NCBI GenBank assembly: GCA_977016875.1
Contig: CDRNST010000020.1
Location: forward strand, 5,828,001-5,892,000
Source of the DNA: Pavona decussata
Lineage: Eukaryota
Length of the DNA: 64,000 nt
Reading direction: 5' to 3'
Each line of letters begins with the position of its first letter. Within the stretch, counting starts at the first letter, position 1. The notes under the pieces are model-generated. The model searched no databases. It saw only the letters and a list, made by a program, of their open reading frames with translations, and was not told the origin of the DNA. This document shows, piece after piece, positions 37,746 through 49,761 of this stretch. The position numbers were made by a program, and so were the translations under genes.

Positions 37746-40143
37746 GGATGGTGCTGTGAAAGGCTTCGTGCATTCCAACTTGAAGAATAATTTTAATGAC
37801 ATTTTAAAATATCTCGACAGCAAAAGGGACAGGGATGTGTTGGAGGCCATTGTTGCCAAAATAACAAGTGTTAAAAATGTCGTATCACTCAAAGGAACCC
37901 AGCTCAAGGGCAGTGTAAGTGGGCACTGAGCAAACTTGAATGCAAAGCTAAAAAAATTCAAGGACATTGAATTTAATTTACTGACTGTGAGAAATGACAT
38001 GACTGTTTCTCAGCAGCATAGTCACATCCAACGCACAGCAAAGAAGAGGAAAGAAGAGAATATTAGGACAATTGCAGAAGGAAGAGGAAAAAAAGCTGAA
38101 ATGTGAAGAGTACCTAATGTTTACATTACCTTTTTATTGACGAAAGGAGGAAAAGTGCCATATTGGAATGACCTTCTTCTTTAAGCCTGAACTTTCAATT
38201 TCAACTTCATTCTTATATACATACACCAACAACTATCGGAAAGGCACAACACAAATAAAGCGACACCATCACGGACGGGAAATCAACGCTGATGTGTCAC
38301 TCCATAGAGCTCCCAATACTTCCGAGGAGGTTGCATCCACTAAACGCACATTGGATGTCGTCACATGTTAATTATCTTGTTGACTCTGCCGCTGAAAAAC
38401 CGAATTCTTTCTTTATCGACTCTAAGTATGCAAAATGCATTATTTGTGGAGACGTTCAGCCAGTTCTAAAGCCCGGGAAAACGTGGAGAAACTTTGAAAC
38501 TCCAGATCATACATTTGATCAATCACGAGTGAATGCAGTCACCCCAAGAAGTCATTTGTTTATGGAAGTTAGATAACAACCGGAGTTGGATAATGCCAGC
38601 CTTTTAATTCCAAACACAGATGTTGTTATTAATGTCACGAGAACTGGGAAGGCTGTGACCCCCGTAAACCTTTCTTTAACTGAACCGGAGACGGTTTTTC
38701 GTGTTCTTAATGAACTGTTTCTTCTTACAGTATGTCAATTCCAAGCTTGGACAAGTACTTCCGCAATCAGGAAACAGGAAAGCTAAAAGAAATAATGGGT
38801 TTCATTGTAGACAATGGTCCATCAGAAGCAGCAAGCAATTTACTAGTCCAGATGCTGCTTGTTCGGTTTCTCAATTTCCTTGATCTGGATAAAGTAACTC
38901 AAAGATCATTCGCAGAATATTTGAGAGAAAGGAACTTTGTTGAACGTGTACACACAGTTAAAAACAAAGTTCTTTCAGATCGTGGCCCGTTTTCCTCTCA
39001 CCATGTACATGAGCAAGCATCTCCTGGAAGTAAAGACCACAACAAAAACATGGAGCACATTGCTAAAGAAGTTATCGATTGCATTTCAAAAGGTTTCTTT
39101 AGCAAAGAGTCTATTGAGTGTTTCTGGGGAATTGGAAGCAACAAAAACTTCATATTTAACAATGAAGTTGGCTTGAAATCTCTTAGGCTGCTATCTGAAG
39201 AAGGGAGAAAAGAGGATGAAACAATTTATCAACCTATGAAGGGTGAAATTTTGAGCTATTTGGAAAATGTGTGGTGGGCAAAAAAGAATTTAAGGGAACA
39301 TATGGCGAAGATTATGTCGCACTTAACTTCTTCGAATAGACCTTACATTGATAATTGCAGCACCTCGATATTTCGGGCATGTGAATGCTAGAGAGGACAG
39401 AAACCACTTGAACGTTTTGACCCTCAGCCTTTGCCAGATTTTAAACTCTGGGAAAAGCTGGGTGAACTACATTACATGGGTTTTGAGGAAGGACGGGACT
39501 TCCCAGTGGGACCATGGGATGAATGTCCCGCTCATTTTTTGTCGGAAAAGGTCCTTAGCCCCTGCTTTAGAGTGTTACCACAACCATCAAAAGGAACCAT
39601 GAAGTCTATCGCTTTTCTCGCTTGGGTGTCGCCTGATGAGGCCTCTGCATACTTCATCAGTATGCACGGGAAACTGCAAGCACAGAAGAATGACGATATG
39701 AAGAGAGAAACATGGAAACACCATCCTTTATATCGAGAGAGTAAAGAAACCCTTGTCAAAATGTGCAGTGAATCTAAGCTATTTCCCTCTGGAAAAAAAC
39801 ACGAACTTGTACAACGGATTGTACAAAACCACCCAAGCAAGGAGGATGAAGCGCCCTGTCTAGACGAAGTGAAACTGTATGATGGAAAGATAGAGTCCAT
39901 ACCAAACTCTAGTGCTGGGCTAATGCGATTGTCTTTTGCTCAACTTACTACGAAAACCACGGATGCGTGGAATGGGACCGAATTTTGGTATCACCACCCT
40001 GCCCACTTTCGTTAACAAATTCCATAAATTCCTGGGTCCCTGTGACTTTGCCGCCATTGAAGTGTTGCCGCGGCCGCTTGTCTGAAGTGTAGCTGCTTGG
40101 CGCCGTTTCTATTGTACTAGTAGAAAAACACATCGCTGAAATC

Positions 40144-41555
40144 ATGGAAAGATATGTCTTTAAAATTGCGGGTCCAAGTGGAAAATGGATAAAGATTTTT
40201 ATGAGTACAAAGGAGGGTAAAGCTTTGACTATGGAGGCCTTGTTAGAACAAATTATTGAAAGATTTCCAAGCCTAGGAAAGCGGAGTGTTGTAGGTTTAA
40301 AGTACCTTGATGGGAATGACTGGTTCGAACTTCTTGCGGATGATCTAGATTCCTTCATAGATATGATTGAGACAGCAACAGTAGAAAGAGAACACTTGAA
40401 ACGAATAACGCTAAAGGTGAACGAATTAGCATTAATGCCGCCCAGGTCGGAAATTGCTGGGAGAACATCTCAGAAGCGTCTTCGAACATCAACATCGCCA
40501 GTTGCTAATTCCGAGAAAAGTACAACAGGTGTTGACAATGCAAGAAAGAAGCAAAAGCGAGTCGCATTGAGGTGTTTCGACGAACAATTATCCACTACCG
40601 AGCCCGTGTTTCAGTACGAAACGGCAACTCAAAAATTCTTCAACAAACTTGACTCAGAGAAGAAACAACAGCAAGAAATAATACCGAAGAAAGAAAATGA
40701 ACTTTTGGATCTTGAAATGAGTTTCAAGGTGTTAGTTGCAAATACCAAGCCGTTGTGTTCCAATTGTCATACCTCGGGGCATAACAAGACAATGCGTTCA
40801 TTTTCTGCTTGCATTTCTGCGCAATCATTCTTATTATAATTTGTAAAGACATAAAGAAACATTCCGAGGAGGAAAGATACTATAAATCGTTGCAAGCTGA
40901 GCTTAAAACCAGTAAGACCAAATTGAAGAAACTGGATGAAGATTTCGCTTCAAAGGAGGAACGTTTTGCCTCTAGTATGAATACATTTGCCGCTAAAGTA
41001 CAATCGGATCTGATTAACAGCAATAAAGCAAAGTATTTGCGGCAAACGGTGACCGGCGAAAGAGTTCCCAACTGGCTCGTAGTAAACACTGATATAAGAA
41101 AACTAGAAAGAATTTGTCACGGTAAAATTCCCTCTCAAAGTGAAATGCAGCAACTGTTAAATGAATACAATGAGAGCTTCGCTGTAACTTTGGAACCGTC
41201 GAGAAAATCAAAAGATCGCTCCATAAACCGGGTGCAAGACTTGTGGGAGCAAAAAGGAATCAATTTTCCTTGCAAAGGCATGCTGCCCAACAGTTTTACC
41301 ATTCGACACAGTCAAGGCGTAATTTACGGAAGACTTACTAGCAGCAGTACTAGCACAGCTGCTGTCACCGCATGCGGTCCTCAGTTACTGTTGGATGAGC
41401 CTACAACTTTGAAAGAAGAAAATCGCCACCTGGAGTTGGGACTGAAAGAAAGTTTAAAAATGTGCCCTTCAAATGTGTTAAACAATCATGATTCCAGTCA
41501 GGATTATGGCCTTTCATTGCTATTTGAAGCTGCAAAGCTTGTAAGCGTTGACTGA
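40144..41555 (+). pseudogene. ORF2 of the DD37E element: PB1-like, CCHC knuckle, coiled coil, UIM-like
   Basis: Two ORFs joined by one frameshift at about 40830; motifs LKYLDGNDWFELLADD, CSNCHTSGH and EENRHLELGLKESL. Confidence 0.65.
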
Positions 41556-41994
41556 ACGGAAACACTTCGAAGAAAACAATTTCAGTTCTCTGTTGTACTA
41601 CCTTGTGTTAGTTTTGAAATATTATTGGAATAATCACAGAGATGAAAGACTTTCCATAGTATAGCATTGCGTGACATTCGAGTGCAGTGTTGTGGCAGTG
41701 TTAAGTTGTTGTGTTTACAGGTGTTTTACTATCAGTCATAAACTGTACGTTCTTTACTGAGTTCAACTTCAATTAACAATTTCAGAAGTTGAGTTTCAAA
41801 TAAATCAGTTTTTTTTGTTTCTCGATGCGCACAGTGTACGCGCAGTTAATTAACACTTTACATTGGCAGACTGATGTCTCGCTCAGTTATTGCTTCCCAT
41901 TTCAGACAATAAATATTTACATGTTAAGTCTGCCTTTTGATCATAGAATGAAAAGCTGGAAAGAATGAGAGTTTCTTCACGTTAAATGTAGCCA

Positions 41995-43010
41995 CTATAG
42001 GCAAAAAATCCTCTCATATCTCCAGGCATAATTCTTCACTGCTTCGTGAACTGCCACATGCAGACTGTCTCTCAAAAGTTCTCCATACTCGAAGCGTCTC
42101 AGGGTCGTCTTTAGCTTGTTGAAAACATGTTCGGCTGGGTTGAATTCAGGGGAATATGTTGGTAAATAGACGGCTGTGCAACCAATGTCATCCAACCATT
42201 CACCAAGGGCCTGTCCTGCCCGGTGACGATGAATTGGCGCGTTGTCAAAAGCTACATTATCATCATAACTGTACGCCGGTGTACCATCGGGAAGATAAAC
42301 AGAAGCTGCTTCTTCGAAAAAATTTAGAAAAGTAAGCGCATTGCTGTTACCATCAACCGTGTTGGCATAAAGAATTCTGTCAACACCACACATAAAATTT
42401 AGTGTGATATTTGGAGAAGTTGCATACCGCACGATCTCAACAGCTGGAGTGCCAATAAGAGAATGACCATAGTTAGGTCTTCCAACATCTGGAAGCTTGA
42501 TTCCTGATTCATCAAAGAACTTAAGTTTATACGGGTCAACTGTGGAAATATAATTAACATAATGCTGACAATAATTAATGTTGTCTTGGGGTGAATTTCT
42601 CTGCAATGGGCCTTGTTAACTTTTTCCAGGTCCGTTTTCCATCGGTCATTGTGTTTCGGAGTACTCGCCGAATAGCTGTATTTGATGTTCCTGTAGCAAT
42701 GTTACAATTGTCATTCGTATGCTTATACCACTCACCAGCAGTCATTGAAGCTCTATCAGTCTTAAGAAATCTTGTAAAGTCAATATCATCCTGCTGAATT
42801 TGCTTTACGCCAGCTGCACGCGTTTTTGTAATTCCTGTATCGCCTTTTTCAACCACTTCTTTCCAAATTTTCGGCACAGTATCGAATTTGACCGTTTCTT
42901 TCAGCAATGGCTAAGAAATTCCCGGGGAAAAAGCCAGTTACAAAGTCACCGCCATCTTCAACAATATCTTTTATTTTTCTTCTCAAATCAAGTTAAAGAG
43001 GTCTCCCGTT
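41995..43010 (-). pseudogene. DD37E transposase (DDE_3 / IS630-Tc1)
   Basis: FFDESG, FDNAPIH and YLPTYSPEFNPAE, with 37 residues between the second D and E. Frameshifts near 42590, 42900 and 42025. Confidence 0.9.
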
Positions 43011-43990
43011 GATATAACATCTACCTCGTTTACTGGTAACTTCCGCCATCGCAACAATGGCTCTCGTGTTTGTTTTTACTAGTAAAAAAAATCGCGCAAA
43101 CTTGCCGCCCACCGCCAGTATCCAGGAATTTGTGGAATTTGTTAACGAAAGTGTGCGGGGCAGTGATACGAAAATTCAGTCCCATTCCACGCATTGGTGG
43201 TTTTCGTAGTAGAGCAATTTTAAGAGGACAGCGAATTTTAGAAGTGGGCACAAAGGAAGAGCTAATTGCAAGGGTGGGGCTTTTAAAGGCAGGTTTTCCC
43301 GAGGCTGCCTTCTCAAGAGAATATTTATGTATACTGCATATTATTGAGACAGCTAAACTAATCACAAAACCTCAAGGTGAGCTGAATATGAAAACTGTTT
43401 GTCGTCGCAGAACATTTTCTCATGGGTAAGACAATACCGTCACCACAAGAACGTCATGTCTCAAAGACATGCTCTCTCTAAAAGCTCCATCTATTGAGGT
43501 TGAAAACATGCAGAAAAGAAATGTTGAAGATTTTCTTGACGCCTTAAAGGTCATTGTCGGCAAGGACGAAGAAATTTCGCGGCAAATAGTTGATGAACTT
43601 AAAAAGAAAACTAGAAAATTACAGGGCAGTGAAAAATGAAAAGTCAACAACGACAGCATGTAAATCCAAACATGAAAACATTGTTAAAGCAGAATGATGT
43701 GAGGAAAACGTCAGACAATACTCTGAAAGAAAGTGAAAGATTCCAGCAAAGCTTCGAGAGGGAGGAGGAACAGAGGGTAGAAATTCTTCGCGGTAGGCCA
43801 GACGGTGGAGGTTTCATGGAATAAAAAGGATTTAGAAGGAACTAGCTGGAAACCGGGGTGGTATAGAGGGGAAAAACAAGGAATCGACGAGGAGAACGAT
43901 GTTGTTTTCATTTGGTACTTTAAGGATCGTTCTGTGTACAGTCTTGATGCTACTGGGTCTCTCGTAGATGGCATTATTCGTCCAGTTAAT

Positions 43991-44224
43991 AGAGAGATTT
44001 AGCATCGCTTTTACGGCAAACGCCAGGCTGAAATTTTCTCTTTGATGAAAAACAATGAAGCTTTTTTTGGTTTAAGCTGATCCCCACCCAGTCGGCGACA
44101 GCTATCAAGCAAAAACGAAAAAGAGAGAAGCGAGTATGAGAATCAAGCTTATGCATTTTAGCGCAAAGAGCGATTTGTCGTTTCCTGTTTGGCATTAGTC
44201 GTAAACGGGAAGCTAAATCTCTCT
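43991..44224. mobile_element. MITE, PHIS (Harbinger/Pangu)-type
   Basis: TIR AGAGAGATTTAGC..TTTACG / CGTAAA..GCTAAATCTCTCT; AAT TSD at 43988-43990 and 44225-44227. Confidence 0.85.
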
Positions 44225-44921
44225 AATGAATCGTAGTGACCCCTAAGAACTAGCCATTTCCTTGACTTCTGCTGCGTGTATATACTTTTATGTAACGTCT
44301 TTATTTTCTACTTTCGTTCTGTTAGCTTACATGTACATAATCAAGAAGATACAATTTACCGACTGCACGTTACCCAGATTAAGGGCCTCAGTGCCATAGA
44401 ATATTTAGTTTTGTTGTATACAGTGCAAACAAATGTTTACGTGTTGATATGCGGCATTCTTCTTGGAACATGTTTGATTTCTCATTCTCTTTCCTTGCTC
44501 AACCTCTGGAAGGCCTGCCTGCTTAACACTAGCAGTGGCGAGAACGTTTTGAATGTAATATCTCTTTAATTTATAAAAGTGCACGTTATTTGTTAATGAG
44601 CACGCTGGAACACAAGTAAGGTATAAAAAGTAGCGTTAAGAAAAGTAAACAATATTTCTTTTTAAAATTTCAGCAGCATTTTATGAGTTTACATGATTGT
44701 CACCGAAAGCGTACATTAACACTGGCGGTTTTTGCAAGGTGATAGAGATAATTTCTTGAGCACTCGGGAAAGTTTTAAATGTAAACTATGCAACATAGAA
44801 TTAAACCGTGTTTTGTTGATGTAAAAAATCGACCATTGGAGTTTTGTTTTTGCTGAAATAGTTTTAGCAAGAGAATAAACAAGTAAAATGGGGAAGTATT
44901 GTAAATAGCTGAACGAGAGTA

Positions 44922-45481
44922 NNNNNNNNNNNNNNNNNNNNNNNNNNNNNNNNNNNNNNNNNNNNNNNNNNNNNNNNNNNNNNNNNNNNNNNNNNNNNNN
45001 NNNNNNNNNNNNNNNNNNNNNNNNNNNNNNNNNNNNNNNNNNNNNNNNNNNNNNNNNNNNNNNNNNNNNNNNNNNNNNNNNNNNNNNNNNNNNNNNNNNN
45101 NNNNNNNNNNNNNNNNNNNNNNNNNNNNNNNNNNNNNNNNNNNNNNNNNNNNNNNNNNNNNNNNNNNNNNNNNNNNNNNNNNNNNNNNNNNNNNNNNNNN
45201 NNNNNNNNNNNNNNNNNNNNNNNNNNNNNNNNNNNNNNNNNNNNNNNNNNNNNNNNNNNNNNNNNNNNNNNNNNNNNNNNNNNNNNNNNNNNNNNNNNNN
45301 NNNNNNNNNNNNNNNNNNNNNNNNNNNNNNNNNNNNNNNNNNNNNNNNNNNNNNNNNNNNNNNNNNNNNNNNNNNNNNNNNNNNNNNNNNNNNNNNNNNN
45401 NNNNNNNNNNNNNNNNNNNNNNNNNNNNNNNNNNNNNNNNNNNNNNNNNNNNNNNNNNNNNNNNNNNNNNNNNNNNNNNNN
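44922..45481. other. Assembly gap (560 N)
   Basis: Run of N characters. Confidence 1.
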
Positions 45482-45779
45482 GGTTTGCGGAATCCCAAAG
45501 CCTGGCTTGGACCTGCCAGGAACTAAAAAAACTACTTAAATATATGTATAAGTCTTAATTTTTTAAAGCTTACTTAACGTAACAAAATTTCAAGAACTCA
45601 GGAATATAAAATATCCGTTTGCTTTGATGTTATGACACAGGCCTCCTTTTCGAATTGAATACGATCAAATGTCCTTGAGGCCTGTCTAAGTTTTGGTTTC
45701 AAAAGCTATAGGGAAGAAGCATCCTTGATGGCTTTAGGTAGCAAATTCCAGACAATGGGCCTTCTGTACCTTGCACTAT

Positions 45780-45965
45780 TTCTACCAAGGTTACTGTTAC
45801 TGTTATTTTCATTCTCACTTCCTCTCTGCCATTAATTTCCTCCAATGCTTTAACATATATTGAACTTGTTCCTGTAATGTGCTTTAGTACTTTTGCATTC
45901 AGTTCCTGGCCAGCCTGCAGCTTTATGGGTAAAATGTTGGAACCAATGCTCTTGACAAACTCCAT
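45780..45965 (-). pseudogene. Exon relic of a repetitive ORF, probably the same gene as 50700-51400
   Basis: EFVKSIGSNILPIKLQAGQELNAKVLKHITGTSSIYVKAL after an AG acceptor. Resembles N-termini of G2E3/HECT-like repetitive ORFs; no HECT domain visible. Confidence 0.3.
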
Positions 45966-45988
45966 TCTGAATAAAACAAAACTTAAAG

Positions 45989-46072
45989 GTTACAATTAGT
46001 TGAAGAAACATATCCACCCCACACTTTCTTGTTACAATTAGTTGAAGAAACATATCCACCCCACACTTTCTT
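45989..46072. repeat. 42-bp tandem duplication
   Basis: gttacaattagttgaagaaacatatccaccccacactttctt occurs twice. Confidence 0.9.
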
Positions 46073-46955
46073 GTGTACAGTTGGAATTGGATGGCATGGG
46101 TCTGGTGATAAATAAATAAAAAAAACTTTAAATGCTCAGGTCCATCAATCTAACTGCGCATGTGAAACAACGAATGTTACCTGATTAGTAGGCATTTATC
46201 GTTCCCACCAGTATTGATTATAAAAGTGTCTTTGAGTATTTATGTCACATTCCGACACTTATTTTTCTTTACATACCTAAATGCATACTTAAGTAGTACA
46301 AACAAATATACTCAGTGCTATGTTGTGTCCTTCACTTTGTTTTCCCCCACGAAAAGGTGTTTTCAAAATGTATGCTATTTTACTGGTTTTGAGTACCTAG
46401 GAGTACCTGGGTCCTGTTTGACACTACTTGCAGACCACAAACAATTTGCTCCTTTCTGTAGGTTGCAGGAAGTTGTAAATATAGCAAGCAAAGTTGAGGA
46501 ACTTGACCACCATAAGTGAATTTCTCCAACCACAGAACACAAACCCACCAGGGCCCTGCTTTTTTTGAAAAACAATTTTTAAGATATATTCTGCAGAATA
46601 TCAGTGTTGAACAACATTCGTGGATTGAGAAATAAACTCCTTAGTTAAGTTATTACCGGCCTTAAGCAACCTTGGACGGTGATCCCGAGGAGGTCAACCA
46701 GAAGTCAAGATTGCGTTGTTGACTGCAATTTGCATAATAGTCGAGCCGTCCACCTGATGTCGCGGCGGTCGTTTTCACCAGTTTGGCGGTGTCTCGAGAA
46801 CCTGAGTTTGTTTTTGAATGTTAACTTTGAAATCCGTGTCTTTTCCAAGCCTAATCTGGATTATATTCTAAACTACCGATATTAGGTCGCATGAGCAAAA
46901 GGTATTGATTTTTTCTTTCTTCTTTCCAGTGCAAAAACGCAAATTCACAGCGACT

Positions 46956-47845
46956 ATGGCGAATCCTGGAAGTGAAGTTCCCGCCATTGCTAAAAATGGG
47001 TAAATATATCTTTTCTTTTCATGGCATTTACCTCGGCTTTCTCCGAAATGTACCCGATTTTCAAAACAAAGCTGATAGGATTATTTAAGTAACCTTGGAC
47101 ATGAAAAGCTCAATTTATTTGTGAGCGATTTTATCTCGCTAACTTCATTTTATTTCAATTTATAGGTCAAATATCATGGAGTGGACAGAAAACCACGATG
47201 TTATTTTGTGCCGAGAAATCCTAGTTAGCGAGCCCTATAAATTCAAACCTCGAACATTGGAGAGAGGGAAGGTATGGGACGAAATAGCCGAAAGACTCAA
47301 CAACATCAAGGATCCAAAGTTTAAAGTCTCAAAGCGATCGATCCGAGAGCATTTCCAGCTTCTGCTTTCAAAGTTCAAAACAAAAATGAAAACCGAGCAG
47401 CGGGCGTCTGGCATTGAAGTCGAAGATACCGAAGTTGATAAGGCCATGGAAGAAATTTATGAGAAATGGGAGGCTTCAGAAGGGGAACAACTGAAAGGAA
47501 AGGAGAACACGAAGAAAAAAGCTGAAGTAGCTAGAGCGAGTGCGGAAGAAGTATTAAAGGCTCAGAGCGACGGAAAAATTAAGCGAAACGAAAAAGAGAA
47601 AGAACGCTGAAGAGGGCTGTGCTGTCAAACCTAAGAAAACACGAAGAAACGGAGGAGAAACTGTAGAATTCCTAAAAGAAAAATCACAGAGGGATTACCA
47701 GTTTCGACAAGAGGAGTTGCGAATAAAACAGAAAGAACAAGAAAATCTGCAAAGCATTCAACAACAACAACTGGAAATGATGAGGATGATGCAACAGCAA
47801 AATAATGCTATGATGCTTCTTATGTCTAAATTTGTAAACAAATAG
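46956..47845 (+). pseudogene. Myb/SANT-like DNA-binding protein of the Harbinger-type element
   Basis: Short exon 1, intron 47000-47165, then MEWTENHDVILCREIL..GKVWDEIAERLN..ASG. One frameshift at about 47555; Q/M-rich tail. Confidence 0.85.
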
Positions 47846-48155
47846 ACATTCCGTGCATTTATTAACTTGCAGACTGATAAATTGTCTCCGTTAAAACTTG
47901 TTGTCGTTTAATATGTACAGCTCGTTGTACTTAATACTTTTATATGGGCTGTTCAGTTGAGGTTGTAGTTGTGATAATGATAATGTTTATTTGTGCTTTT
48001 TTTCTATTTACATGTTGATTATTACAATCTTTTAGTGGTGTTATATAAATTAAATTATATAAATTCATTGTGAACAATGATCCTACAATTGTGATCTGAC
48101 TGCATGTAAGAACTTTTGAAGCTTTGAAAATTTGTACACAAATTCACACAGTTTT

Positions 48156-49406
48156 TCAAATAAAGTAGTCTGCTAGTGTTGGAGGATCAAGGTGAAAGAA
48201 CTCAGATGTAGCGTTGCCGTAAAGACATGTAAGTGCGTTTCTCAGTATAGCACAAACTAGATACATTTTTCCAACACTGCTGAGGCCAATTTTAAGGTTT
48301 TTCTTGTAATCTATAAACTTGAAATAGTTCACTATGTCCCCAAACAGCCACTCCACTGCAACTCTCACTTCACTCATGGAGGTGTTGAATGCTTGCATGT
48401 CAGCCGTCAAGATAGCATTTCTGTATGGGGCTTGAAGTTGCACTCTTGGAGGGTATGCTGGATCTCCGTAGATACACATGGGTTGACCGAGGGGAGATAC
48501 AGCATGTAGCTGCAACTGATGAAGCAACCCAGAGTCTGCAAGCATCCCAGCAGCATGCTTTCGGCCCTCTGAAAACAAAAGTTCACAAGATAATTGTCTC
48601 TAAAAAAAAGGAAACTAATAACTTTCCCGGCAATTTATATTTTTTTATATACGTTACCGTCGAAAATCAAACGTCGGCTCATATAATAGCTCTCCGACAG
48701 CTTTTCTTTGATGATAAATCGTATTAAAACAAGATACTCACCCACGGGTCCATACATGTTGGCAATCAGACCATTTGGAAGAGCCACAGACTGAAACTTC
48801 AAACCATGCACGCGTTTATGCCCGTTGTATACAATTCGCTGCATGATGTTCTCCTGGTCGGCTAATTGGCCTCACAGTGCCATCTATGAAGCCAAAACAA
48901 TTATCAAGGGCCGCTCCCTTTATGTGGATTGCATTTGCGTATTCTTGAAGTTGCGCTGGCTGTAAAATAGTGGGATTCCATTGCCTGATTTGGTGGCTGT
49001 GATTGTTGTAAATGTAATCTATCACCTCATTGGTAATCATGCTTAGTACCGGTGTGGGTCTTCCAAAGCCCGCTATCATATCCGAGTATTGACATGGGTA
49101 AGCAAGTCTCCTCAGAAGCATGCAAAGGCCTTCCATACCACCGCTGATGGAACGCTGTCGGCATTTGAACACATCTGGAATCTGAAGGGCTTCAGCTAAA
49201 GCAGGCAGGTCATGTTTATTTACTCTAAACTCGGCAACACACTCTGAATTTTCCATCTCATCCAACTCAAATGTAAATTCGTCGTACGGCAAATCAAGGT
49301 TTTTGGAACGGTTCAGATCATAAAGAAGTAAATACTCGTCTTCTGAAATCAAATCATCGCACAGCGCCGCCGTTAACAAGTTTCTCGTATCCCTAAAAGA
49401 GGCCAT
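48156..49406 (-). pseudogene. HARBI1-like DDE transposase
   Basis: GFIDGTVRPI, YNGHKRVH, YGDPAYP and RVAVEWLFG. Intron at about 48739-48570; frameshift at about 48845. Confidence 0.92.
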
Positions 49407-49761
49407 AGTGAAGCGAAACCTGACCGACGCGACCTCTGCTTGCTTAAGTTTAAACTTTGCGCGCCAAAGGACGGCGTTCTAGCCCCATTCCCCCTCGTCA
49501 TGGGTTGCCGTCCTCGTGCTCGCCGTCCAGGGTTGCTTAAGGTCCTTATTATCTTGGATTAGGGTTAATTGTCTTAAGAACAACTGGGGCCCAGGTGCTT
49601 AGCCAAGTTCACCTTTACCCTTTAGGATCCTTTTTTAATAACTATTTACACATTTTCCATGTCTTTTTAACCAAACAACCCAGCTTAAAAAGTAAAACTT
49701 ATTTTTCCTGCTCTTTAGAACCCTTGGTAAAGGGTCCTCTCTCTTAACCAATCAGCGTTAA

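Larger units (their letters stand above)
39948..43209. mobile_element. Two-gene IS630/Tc1/mariner DD37E element (L31-like)
   Basis: About 85-bp TIRs (CTACGAAAACCAC..ATGCGTGGAATGGGAC.GAATTTT..CACTTTCGTTAACAAATTCC), TA TSD at 39946-39947 and 43210-43211, and convergent ORFs. Confidence 0.93.
34295..44236 (+). pseudogene. Large multidomain Zator/TP36-like transposase (OTU/vertnin-like, acidic, DDE, SAP, SAP, Tudor-like), split by a LINE, a Tc1-like element and a MITE
   Basis: SSGDGNC and VVNHFV (OTU-like C/H); IDSKYAKC..TPDHTF, VDNGPSE and RNFVERVH (Zator-like DDE motifs); SAP motifs at about 39745-39820 and 39925-39947+43212-43270; WKPGWYRGE..VFIWY at 43805-43990. Confidence 0.65.
46655..49547. 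mobile_element. Full-length Harbinger/Pangu-type DNA transposon
   Basis: About 45-bp imperfect TIRs (CCTTAAGCAACC.TGGACGG.GA.C.CGAGGA.G.CAACC), ATT TSD at 46652-46654 and 49548-49550, and convergent Myb/SANT and transposase genes. Confidence 0.88.
46552..49591. mobile_element. Old small PHIS-type MITE (CAG TSD) split by the Harbinger/Pangu-type element
   Basis: GGCCC.G..TT..GAAA..CAATT and AATTGTC..AAGAACAACTGGGGCC ends; CAG at 46549-46551 and 49592-49594. About 145 bp once the insert is removed. Confidence 0.55.

Noticed and set aside
34217-44244. GGTCACTAC / GTAGTGACC as TIRs of the Zator-like element
   Set aside because: Only a 9-bp match and no clean matching TSD; insufficient without other copies.
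44716-45498. 260-aa ORF
   Set aside because: Artefact of translating through the N gap.
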